Below, in pieces: positions 56,499-64,000 of a stretch of 64,000 nucleotides of DNA. Source of the stretch: Candidatus Stramentimicrobium fermentans (GTDB taxonomy: Bacteria > Atribacterota > Phoenicimicrobiia > Phoenicimicrobiales > Stramentimicrobiaceae); the NCBI GenBank assembly GCA_012520575.1, contig JAAYOB010000002.1:5264-69263 (forward strand), given 5' to 3'. Position numbers and translations under genes: made by a program. Within the stretch, counting starts at the first letter, position 1. The number at the start of each line of letters is the position of its first letter. A model generated the notes under the pieces. That model ran no database searches. It saw only the letters and a list, made by a program, of their open reading frames with translations, and was not told the DNA's origin.

Positions 56499-59030
56499 AT
56501 GCAGGCAATAAATAAAAATTTTTTGCAATTTCTAGAGGGAGTGGACAAAAGGTTTTCAATTCCGGTCTTTCAAAGAAATTATGATTGGCAAAGAGAGCAT
56601 TGCGAACAATTGTTTAATGATTTACTGGACATAATAAAATTTAATTTCCGCAGCCACTTTTTAGGGTCACTTGTGTATGTATTTGATGAATCAAAACCAG
56701 GTTTTGAATTGTTAATTATTGATGGGCAACAGAGAATCGCAACCTTATCTATTTTACTTTTAGCGCTGCATAATCTATTAGAAAACAATGAGATTCAATC
56801 TCGCTCTGAATCATTAAGCGAACAGATTAGAGATACTTACTTGATTGACAAATATGCTCAAGAAGGTAAGAAAATAAAGTTCGAACCGGTCAAAGAGGAT
56901 AATGAAGCCTATCTGAAATTGTTTAAAAATAATAGCGAAGAGTTCATTAAAAATTCTAATATTACTATCAATTATCAATATTTTGTTGATAGGATTAAAA
57001 GAAGCAATTTGTTAGCTGATGATTTATTTGAGGCAATTAAGAAACTAACTATAGTAGATATTAGGTTAGATAGTAATCATGATGATCCACAGTTAATATT
57101 CGAAAGTCTGAATTCTACTGGTTTAAATTTAACCCAGTCCGATTTAGTTAGGAATTTTATCCTAATGGGGAAGAATAAGAGCGAACAGAAAAGATTGCAT
57201 GAAGATTATTGGCTCATTATAGAAAAAAATACAGGAGATCAGGTCGATTCCTTCGTAAGGGATTACCTTACTCTCAAAGAAAGAATTATTCCTAACAAAA
57301 ATAAAATCTACATTAGCTTTAAGAAGCATGTAAAAAAAGAATATTCCAATGATGATATCGAAAGTTTACTAAAAGAGTTAAAAAGATATTCCCAATACTA
57401 CCAAAGAATTATTTTCCCATTAGATGATAAATCCAAGATAAATGTTGTCTTAAAAAGAATTAATAAATTAGATATTACTGTATCTTATCCCTTTTTATTG
57501 GAAGTTTTTAGCTATCACGATGACAAGGTTATAGATGATGAAACACTTGTTAATATTTTAGATACCATAGTATCTTTTGCTTTTAGAAGACTAATATGTA
57601 ATGTACCAACCAATGCCCTAAATAAGATGTTTGCTACTATCGGAAGAGATATCCAAAAATATCCTGACTTCAAAGTAAATTATTTTGAAATATTCAAGCA
57701 TATTTTGATTAATAAGAAATACAGTCAAAGATTTCCAACAGATGAAGAGTTTTCAGAAATACTGGTCACTCGGGATATCTATAATCTGCAAAGTAAAAAT
57801 AAATTACATCTATTAGAGAGGTTAGAGAATTATGACAATAAGGAAAGAGTCAAAGTAGAAGAACTGCTGAATGAAGGGGATTTAAATATTGAACACATTA
57901 TGCCCCAAACACTGACTCCGAGTTGGAAGGCTGCCTTGGGAGACAACTGGGATGAAATATATAATAAATATTTGAACACTCTTGGCAATTTGACACTTAC
58001 CGGATACAACACCAAGATGAGCAATAAGCCTTTTTTAGAGAAAAGAGATATGGAAAAAGGGTATGAAGATAGCAGCCTTGCTCTCAATAAATATCTCCGC
58101 ACCCTAGAAAATTGGAATGAGGAGACAATTATTGAAAGGGCAAATCAACTAACAAGCACTGCTTTAAAAATCTGGACATACCCCAAAACGGAATATAAGG
58201 GACAGATAGAAGAATCAAATAAATTTATCTTATCCGATGACCACGATTTTACCGGAGACAAAATAGCGTCCTTTACCCTTTTAGGACAAGACTTTTCAGT
58301 AAACAGTTGGAGGGATTTTTATATCAAACTAGCGCAAAATTTAATCGAAATTAACCCTAATATTTTTGCTGATTTTTTAAAGGATAAGAGGTTTATTGAA
58401 GAGAGAAAAATAATTTCTGCTCAAGCCGAATCTTTGAGCAATCCTTTTGAAATTGCAGAAGGTATTTTTTTAGAAACACATTTGAGTGCCCAGTCTATTG
58501 TTAATAATGCTTTGTTGATTTTAAGTAAATATGAAATTGATGAAGATGGAGTAGCAGTAATCTTGAGTAATAAGAATAGCCAAGAACTAGCAGATTTCCA
58601 AAAGAAAAGAATAAAATTTTGGGGAGGATTATTAGAAATAAATAAAGATAGAATAAAATATTTCAAGAAAAATACAAGTTTTATACATTATGACCTCTAT
58701 AGCGGAACCGGGATAACAAGGTGTTCTTACTTTTATCGTATTAAACAAAAAAGCGGTACGGTGGGATTGTCTATTGATACGTATGACAAAGAGAAAAATG
58801 AGCATATTTACAACAAACTATTAGAAAAGAAAAACGAAATAGAAAACGCCTTTGGAGAAAAACTTGAATGGTTTGACGGTGAAAAGACTCAGTTTAAGTC
58901 TATCTATAAAGAATATAAATATACTGGCCTTAAAAATGAAGACAAATGGCCGGCTTTACAGCAAGACATGGCTGATGGCATGGCAAGATTTACTGAAATA
59001 TTAGATGAATACCTTGCAGAATTTAAATAA
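56499..59030 (+). CDS. GmrSD-like type IV restriction protein (DUF262 ParB-like NTPase + DUF1524 His-Me nuclease) with long C-terminal extension
   Basis: DUF262 hallmarks FSIPVFQRNYDW and DGQQR. DUF1524 hallmarks NIEHIMPQ and LGNLTLTGYNTKMSNK. 843 aa, about 280 aa beyond the nuclease domain. Confidence 0.7.
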   Translation: MQAINKNFLQFLEGVDKRFSIPVFQRNYDWQREHCEQLFNDLLDIIKFNFRSHFLGSLVYVFDESKPGFELLIIDGQQRIATLSILLLALHNLLENNEIQSRSESLSEQIRDTYLIDKYAQEGKKIKFEPVKEDNEAYLKLFKNNSEEFIKNSNITINYQYFVDRIKRSNLLADDLFEAIKKLTIVDIRLDSNHDDPQLIFESLNSTGLNLTQSDLVRNFILMGKNKSEQKRLHEDYWLIIEKNTGDQVDSFVRDYLTLKERIIPNKNKIYISFKKHVKKEYSNDDIESLLKELKRYSQYYQRIIFPLDDKSKINVVLKRINKLDITVSYPFLLEVFSYHDDKVIDDETLVNILDTIVSFAFRRLICNVPTNALNKMFATIGRDIQKYPDFKVNYFEIFKHILINKKYSQRFPTDEEFSEILVTRDIYNLQSKNKLHLLERLENYDNKERVKVEELLNEGDLNIEHIMPQTLTPSWKAALGDNWDEIYNKYLNTLGNLTLTGYNTKMSNKPFLEKRDMEKGYEDSSLALNKYLRTLENWNEETIIERANQLTSTALKIWTYPKTEYKGQIEESNKFILSDDHDFTGDKIASFTLLGQDFSVNSWRDFYIKLAQNLIEINPNIFADFLKDKRFIEERKIISAQAESLSNPFEIAEGIFLETHLSAQSIVNNALLILSKYEIDEDGVAVILSNKNSQELADFQKKRIKFWGGLLEINKDRIKYFKKNTSFIHYDLYSGTGITRCSYFYRIKQKSGTVGLSIDTYDKEKNEHIYNKLLEKKNEIENAFGEKLEWFDGEKTQFKSIYKEYKYTGLKNEDKWPALQQDMADGMARFTEILDEYLAEFK

Positions 59031-59049
59031 ACTATAAAAAATTTTATAA

Positions 59050-59235
59050 ATGGAGGAAACTAAAATGCCAAACAGAATATGCGACTCATGTGGAAAACTA
59101 AAAGATGTGCAGGGTGGTAAAACCTGTGAAAACGGTCACTTCATCTGCAAGGATTGCGTCTATGCCGGTATAGGGTTTATGGGATTTGGAAGTGTCTTGA
59201 CCACCTGTCCTATTTGCAAAAAACCATTGAGATAA
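59050..59235 (+). CDS. Small Zn-ribbon protein (two CxxC pairs)
   Basis: CDSCG...CENGHFICKDC...CPIC. GGAGG RBS. 16 nt downstream of the GmrSD-like gene. Confidence 0.4.
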   Translation: MEETKMPNRICDSCGKLKDVQGGKTCENGHFICKDCVYAGIGFMGFGSVLTTCPICKKPLR

Positions 59236-59584
59236 TTCCAAAATAAACTGCAGTATTATGTGTGAGAGTCAGATTTTGAATTATCAGTTTTGCGATATTT
59301 CAAATCCTGATTCCATAAGAACTTTGTGCAAACCTTGTATATAATAGAAGATTTTTTGTTCTGCAATATAGAGAAGTTTGCCCTGTCCCTATCATGAGAA
59401 TTATTTTGTTCAGATTTTTATCTGAGGCATTAATACTTTTTCATATATATTGTTGATGAAGCGATTCGATTATTTGTCAGGCAGTCAACAAAAATGTATA
59501 CTATCTATTGCAGATACAGCAGAAGTTACTTTTTCTTTATTGTACCAGCAAATAATATTAATAATATTTAAAAAAGGAATTTAT

Positions 59585-60277
59585 ATGAAAAATAACATTG
59601 GTAATGATTTAAAAATTCCACCGATTGGCAGAAAACCCCTGAATGTAAAGGTTTATGAAACCCTTAAAAAATCAATTATTAATGGTACATGTCAACCAAA
59701 TACAAAATTAAGTGAATCTGAATTAGCTAAACAAATGAATGTTAGTCCTACTCCTGTGAGAGAGGCATTTCGCCGATTAGCTGCGGAAGGATTAGTGAAA
59801 ATTATACCATGGAAGGGTGCTGTTGTTAGTAGTTATTCATTAGCAGACATTAAAGATACATATCAATGCAGAGAAGCATTGGAGGTATATATGACTCGTT
59901 TAGCGGTACCCAATATCGATAAAAAAGGTATAAGCAAGCTGCGAATGCTGCTAGAACAATCGAAAGAAGCAAAAAATGAGACAGAATTAGTTGAAATTAA
60001 TTCTAGAATTCACACTACTATTACGGATTATGCAAATAATAGCAAAATGAAAAGCCTTTTGGATTCCCTGAGAGATGTCATTATTCACGATCGTAATCTA
60101 TCTGCATATAGTTCTGATCGTCGGATTAAGATATATGAAGAACATGTAGAATTAATTAATGCAATAGAAGAGAAAAATATACCAAAAGCAGAGGAAACAA
60201 TGAGAAAGCATATCATTAATGGATACAAGTATATTGTTGAAAAAATTAAGTTTTCAAATAATTTAAATAGAAACTAA
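59585..60277 (+). CDS. GntR-family transcriptional regulator (FadR/FCD subfamily)
   Basis: wHTH LSESELAKQMNVSPTPVREAFRRLAAEG plus an FCD domain. ATG 59585 with an AAAAAAGGAA RBS. Confidence 0.8.
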   Translation: MKNNIGNDLKIPPIGRKPLNVKVYETLKKSIINGTCQPNTKLSESELAKQMNVSPTPVREAFRRLAAEGLVKIIPWKGAVVSSYSLADIKDTYQCREALEVYMTRLAVPNIDKKGISKLRMLLEQSKEAKNETELVEINSRIHTTITDYANNSKMKSLLDSLRDVIIHDRNLSAYSSDRRIKIYEEHVELINAIEEKNIPKAEETMRKHIINGYKYIVEKIKFSNNLNRN

Positions 60278-60478
60278 AAAATTTGACAAAAGATACTATA
60301 GAATATAGAATATATTTTAATTAATAAAAACTCAAGCATTTTATTTTTCGAAAAGTACTACTCTTAAATACCTAACTGGTAATTTTATTTATAGAAAAAT
60401 ATATTGAACTTGACATGAACATAAGTAAATAGTGTCCAGCATAAAAAAGTAAACTTAGGAAAAGAGGAATTTTAATTA

Positions 60479-61447
60479 ATGAATAGTATTCTCATGAGTA
60501 AGGGAGCACGGACAATAGTTGAAGTATGCGCTGGTGTTAGACCTAAAGAAATTGTATTGATAGTTACTGAACATAAAATGATAAAGATTGCGGAAAGTGT
60601 AGCATCCGCTGTTTATGCTAACGGAGCAGAACCCATTCTATCCGTTATGGTTCCTAGATTGTTCGATGGTAAAGAGCCGCCTAATTCTATTGCTGCTGCA
60701 ATGAAAAGTAGTGATGTTTTTATTTGTGCAGTTTATAAATCAATAACTCATACTCAGGCAGTAAAGAATGCGATCTTATCAGGCTCAAGAGGAATCATGC
60801 TTACACAATTTGATGAAAATATGTTAATTAAAGGCGGTATTGAAGCAGACTTTAGAAAAATTGCGCCAATGTGTCATAGAATGTCAAAGGAATTAGAAGA
60901 CAAAAATGAGATAGTTCTTACAACACCACATGGGACGAATTTAAGATTTTCATCAAAAGGCAGGAAAGGAAATGCTTTGACTTGTTTGGTCTCAAAGGGA
61001 GAATTTGCTCCGGTACCTACTATTGAGGCAAATGTTTCACCTTTAGAGGGAACAGCTAATGGCACTATAGTTGCAAATGCTAGTATTCCTTATATTAATA
61101 TTGGTGTTTTGCAAGAGCCGGTTTCAGCAGAGGTAATAAATGGTATGATTGTTTCTATTTCCGGTGGTGAGCAGGCAAAAATGCTGGAAAAGAATTTACA
61201 ATCCATGAATGATCCACTTGTATATAATATTGCTGAGCTTGGAATAGGGTTAAATCCCAAATGCACTTTTATAGGTTCGATGCTTGAAGATGAGGGAGTA
61301 TACGGCTCTGTACATATAGGTATTGGCACAAACATTACCCTTGGCGGAAAGACCAAGGCATCCTGTCATTATGATTTAATTATGACAGAACCAACAGTTA
61401 TTGCTGACGGTAAGGCATTGCTTAAGAATGGCGAAATCTGTATTTAA
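60479..61447 (+). CDS. M29-family (AmpS/PepS-like) aminopeptidase homologue
   Basis: Collinear with the thermophilic metalloprotease core: GTNLRFSSKGR...GEFAPVP.E..NGTIV...SIPY...ELGIGLNP. Confidence 0.45.
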   Translation: MNSILMSKGARTIVEVCAGVRPKEIVLIVTEHKMIKIAESVASAVYANGAEPILSVMVPRLFDGKEPPNSIAAAMKSSDVFICAVYKSITHTQAVKNAILSGSRGIMLTQFDENMLIKGGIEADFRKIAPMCHRMSKELEDKNEIVLTTPHGTNLRFSSKGRKGNALTCLVSKGEFAPVPTIEANVSPLEGTANGTIVANASIPYINIGVLQEPVSAEVINGMIVSISGGEQAKMLEKNLQSMNDPLVYNIAELGIGLNPKCTFIGSMLEDEGVYGSVHIGIGTNITLGGKTKASCHYDLIMTEPTVIADGKALLKNGEICI

Positions 61448-61533
61448 TTATTTTCCCCCCAAATACGCAAGGTTTATGAGGAATAATTTACGTTTGGTAT
61501 CTTAAAAAATTTAAGATGTAGGAATCAATATAC

Positions 61534-62475
61534 ATGTTAAATTATGTAATTAAAAGAATTATCTCCATGATTATAACTTTGTTAATCATTGTGACTATAA
61601 CTTTTATATTAATGCATTTAGTGCCAGGCGGCCCTTTTACAGATTCAGAACGAGCATTATCTCCAGCTGTAGAACAGGCATTAATGGAAAAATATAAACT
61701 GAATGATCCAATATGGAAACAGTATTTGGAATATATAAAAGGGATAATTAGATTCGATTTAGGACCTTCATATGCATATACAGGACGAAATGTAACAGAT
61801 TTAATAAAAAATGGTTTTCCGGTAACAGCAAAATTAGCTGTAATTTCTTTTGTGTTAATTTTAATTATTGGAGTTCCTCTCGGTGTCACATCAGCATTGC
61901 AACATAATAAATTTATGGATAGATTAATCATGGTATTTTCTACTTTGGGGGTAACAATACCAAAATTTGTAATAGCAACTTTACTATTATTTTTGTTTGC
62001 ATACAAATTAAAATGGTTTCCAATTTTCGGTGCTGAAAGTTTGAAAAGTTATATTTTGCCTGCTATTGCCAATGCCTTAGCTTCTATTGCTTATATTACA
62101 AGGTTAAATCGCTCAAGTATGCTGGAAGTCTTAGAACAGGATTACATAAGAACAGCTAGAGCAAAAGGGGTTAAAGGATATAAGATTGTTTATAAACATG
62201 CATTAAAAAATGCCACCATACCTACTGTAACTGTTTTGGGTACGCAAATGGTAACACTTTTGTCGGGTTCATTTATAATAGAAAAAATATTTGCTCTACC
62301 TGGGATAGGTAGATATTTCGTACAGAGTGTCAGCAATAGAGACTATCCAACAATTATGGGTGTTACTATATTCTTTTCATTTATGCTTCTCTTAATGACG
62401 TTAATAGTGGATATTGCTTATGGTTATTTAGATCCCAGGGTTAGAATCCAGAAAACAAGTAAAGGTGACAAGTGA
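61534..62475 (+). CDS. Oligopeptide/dipeptide ABC transporter permease (OppB/DppB type)
   Basis: BPD_transp_1 core with EAA loop. N-terminal pattern VPGGPF. Confidence 0.85.
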   Translation: MLNYVIKRIISMIITLLIIVTITFILMHLVPGGPFTDSERALSPAVEQALMEKYKLNDPIWKQYLEYIKGIIRFDLGPSYAYTGRNVTDLIKNGFPVTAKLAVISFVLILIIGVPLGVTSALQHNKFMDRLIMVFSTLGVTIPKFVIATLLLFLFAYKLKWFPIFGAESLKSYILPAIANALASIAYITRLNRSSMLEVLEQDYIRTARAKGVKGYKIVYKHALKNATIPTVTVLGTQMVTLLSGSFIIEKIFALPGIGRYFVQSVSNRDYPTIMGVTIFFSFMLLLMTLIVDIAYGYLDPRVRIQKTSKGDK

Positions 62476-62481
62476 TAAGCT

Positions 62482-63669
62482 ATGTTAAATGATCGTCAAC
62501 TCAACCAAATTGATTTTCCTTCTGATTCATGGGATGAATTGGATAAAGATTTTCAATTTGTCGAAGATGAAGACCTGCCTACTATGACATATTGGCAAGA
62601 TGTATGGAGAAGATTCAAACAGAATAAACTTTCTATAATGGGAGTTATTATTATTTTTCTCATTACTATAATTGCAATTTTCGGTCCCTTAATTTCTCCT
62701 TATACCTACTCACATCAAGATTTAAATTACACAGCCATACCTCCTTTATTAAATTTATGGAAAATAGGTAATGAAGATACATATATCTATATTCACAAGT
62801 CTCTAAGAATATATACATCTACTGTTAAAGGAAGGCTAATAGAGTATATTCCTCTACAAAAAAATGACTTAATTAATAAGAAGGCCATTGTAGTAGTTAA
62901 TGGTGAGGAAATAACCATTGATTATAACTTTAAACCATTCAAGGTATTTACTCATACCGGCAAAGAAATATCTATATTCAAAAAAGTTTATAATAAATCA
63001 TTTATTTTTGGGACAGATGACTTAGGAAGAGATCTTTTAATTCGTGTGATTTATGGGGCGCGAATATCTTTAATTATTGGCTTTGTTTCATCTTTGGTTA
63101 ATCTTACTGTAGGAATTTTGTATGGGGGTATTTCCGGATATTTAGGTGGCAATATTGATAACTTTTTGATGAGAGTTGTTGATATTATGAGATCTATACC
63201 TAGACTTTTGTATGTTATTATTTTCATGGTTATTTTTGGATCAGGTATGAAAACAGTAGCCCTAACAATTGGATTAGTGTATTGGTTAAATATGGCTAGA
63301 ATTGTAAGGGGACAGGTGTTGTCACTTAAGGAACATGAATTCATATTAGCTGCAAAGACTATAGGTGCAGGAACATGGAGAATCTTGATAAGGCACTTAT
63401 TGCCAAATGCAATGGGTCCTATTCTGGTAGTTGCTACAATGCAGATACCTAATGCTATTTTTACAGAGGCTTTCTTAAGTTTTGTGGGATTAGGAGTTTC
63501 GGCTCCCCAGGCTTCATGGGGTACACTCTGCAATGATGCTTTAGCAGGTATTGGGACAAATCCTTATCAGTTGTTTTTTCCGGCAATGGCTATTTCTATC
63601 ACAGTATTAGCGTTTAATTTTTTAGGTGATGGACTAAGAGATTCACTTGATCCAAGACTTCGAAAATAG
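62482..63669 (+). CDS. Oligopeptide/dipeptide ABC transporter permease (OppC/DppC type) with extended N-terminal region
   Basis: OppC-type core (LGTDDLGRD...). About 150-aa N-terminal extension. Confidence 0.85.
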   Translation: MLNDRQLNQIDFPSDSWDELDKDFQFVEDEDLPTMTYWQDVWRRFKQNKLSIMGVIIIFLITIIAIFGPLISPYTYSHQDLNYTAIPPLLNLWKIGNEDTYIYIHKSLRIYTSTVKGRLIEYIPLQKNDLINKKAIVVVNGEEITIDYNFKPFKVFTHTGKEISIFKKVYNKSFIFGTDDLGRDLLIRVIYGARISLIIGFVSSLVNLTVGILYGGISGYLGGNIDNFLMRVVDIMRSIPRLLYVIIFMVIFGSGMKTVALTIGLVYWLNMARIVRGQVLSLKEHEFILAAKTIGAGTWRILIRHLLPNAMGPILVVATMQIPNAIFTEAFLSFVGLGVSAPQASWGTLCNDALAGIGTNPYQLFFPAMAISITVLAFNFLGDGLRDSLDPRLRK

Positions 63670-63684
63670 GTTTGAGGTTTTTTA

Positions 63685-64000
63685 GTGACGAGAGACATAA
63701 TTAAAGTAAAGAATTTAAAGATATCTTTTTTTACTCATCTTGGAGAAGTGCAGGCAGTTCGAGGAATAAACTTTCATATAAAAAATGGAGAAGTTCTTGG
63801 TATCGTAGGGGAATCCGGTAGTGGGAAAAGTGTTACAGCTCTATCAATTTTAAAACTATTACAATACCCAGGTGTAATAAAAAATGGTGAGATAGTTTTC
63901 GGTGGAGAAGATTTAGTAAAAAAATCTGAAAACGAAATGAACAAAAAGATAAGGGGTAACAAAATATCTATGATATTTCAAGATCCCATGACATCTTTAA
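63685..64000 (+). CDS. Oligopeptide ABC transporter ATP-binding protein (OppD/DppD type); 3' end beyond window
   Basis: GTG start. Walker A GESGSGKS. Open to the window end. Confidence 0.8.
   Translation, partial: MTRDIIKVKNLKISFFTHLGEVQAVRGINFHIKNGEVLGIVGESGSGKSVTALSILKLLQYPGVIKNGEIVFGGEDLVKKSENEMNKKIRGNKISMIFQDPMTSL

Noticed and set aside
1-64000. Searched for CRISPR arrays, rRNA or tRNA genes, transposases, integrases, and long direct repeats flanking the defence islet.
   Set aside because: No regularly spaced direct repeats, no tRNA-like cloverleaf candidates, and no transposase or integrase ORFs were seen. The islet boundaries (about 55308 and 59584) are AT-rich but without recognisable att or IR repeats.

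Overview
This is a low-GC chromosomal segment from an anaerobic bacterium, judged Firmicutes-like from gene content. It is centred on the replication-origin neighbourhood. On the minus strand the order is dnaA, dnaN, recF and a DUF721 (DciA/RemB-like) gene. On the plus strand it is rpmH, rnpA, yidD, yidC, jag(khpB), mnmE, a roughly 1.15-kb non-coding gap, then parA(soj) and parB(spo0J). The gap holds two perfect parS palindromes (TGTTCCACGTGGAACA) flanking a cluster of five same-orientation DnaA-box-like 9-mers next to an AT-rich tract. Further DnaA boxes lie upstream of dnaA and between dnaA and dnaN. The mnmG, rsmG and noc genes expected between mnmE and parA are absent.

The upstream part contains:
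- a feo locus: FeoB membrane domain, two feoA genes, a stand-alone FeoB G-domain, and a Cys-rich FeoB-associated small membrane protein;
- a polar amino-acid ABC transporter operon preceded by a clear T-box leader (GGGTGGTACCACGGG plus terminator);
- patatin and an archaeal-type proS;
- a Clp1/Grc3-family P-loop kinase homologue;
- an EamA transporter;
- a class-V aminotransferase followed by a tandemly duplicated cupin+HAD cassette;
- NUDIX, radC and the mrfB/mrfA-like (YprB/YprA) exonuclease-helicase pair;
- a P-type Ca2+ ATPase whose upstream region is an unexplained ~530-nt GC-rich structured non-coding island.

Downstream of parAB there are:
- amaP/asp23 stress genes;
- an Ldh_2 dehydrogenase, a beta-hydroxyacid dehydrogenase and an FNR-like reductase;
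- psuK-psuG;
- an ECF-like sigma factor split by an in-frame TAA into a region-2 ORF and a region-4 ORF;
- an Fe-alcohol dehydrogenase, nagB and a tungsten-type aldehyde:ferredoxin oxidoreductase with an IclR regulator;
- a sodium:solute symporter;
- a small defence islet;
- a GntR / M29 aminopeptidase / Opp-type peptide ABC transporter cluster that runs off the window end.

The defence islet consists of a HicB antitoxin, a degraded HicA toxin, an 843-aa DUF262-DUF1524 GmrSD-like type IV restriction protein with an unassigned ~280-aa C-terminal extension, and a Zn-ribbon mini-protein. No CRISPR array, rRNA, tRNA or transposase was seen.
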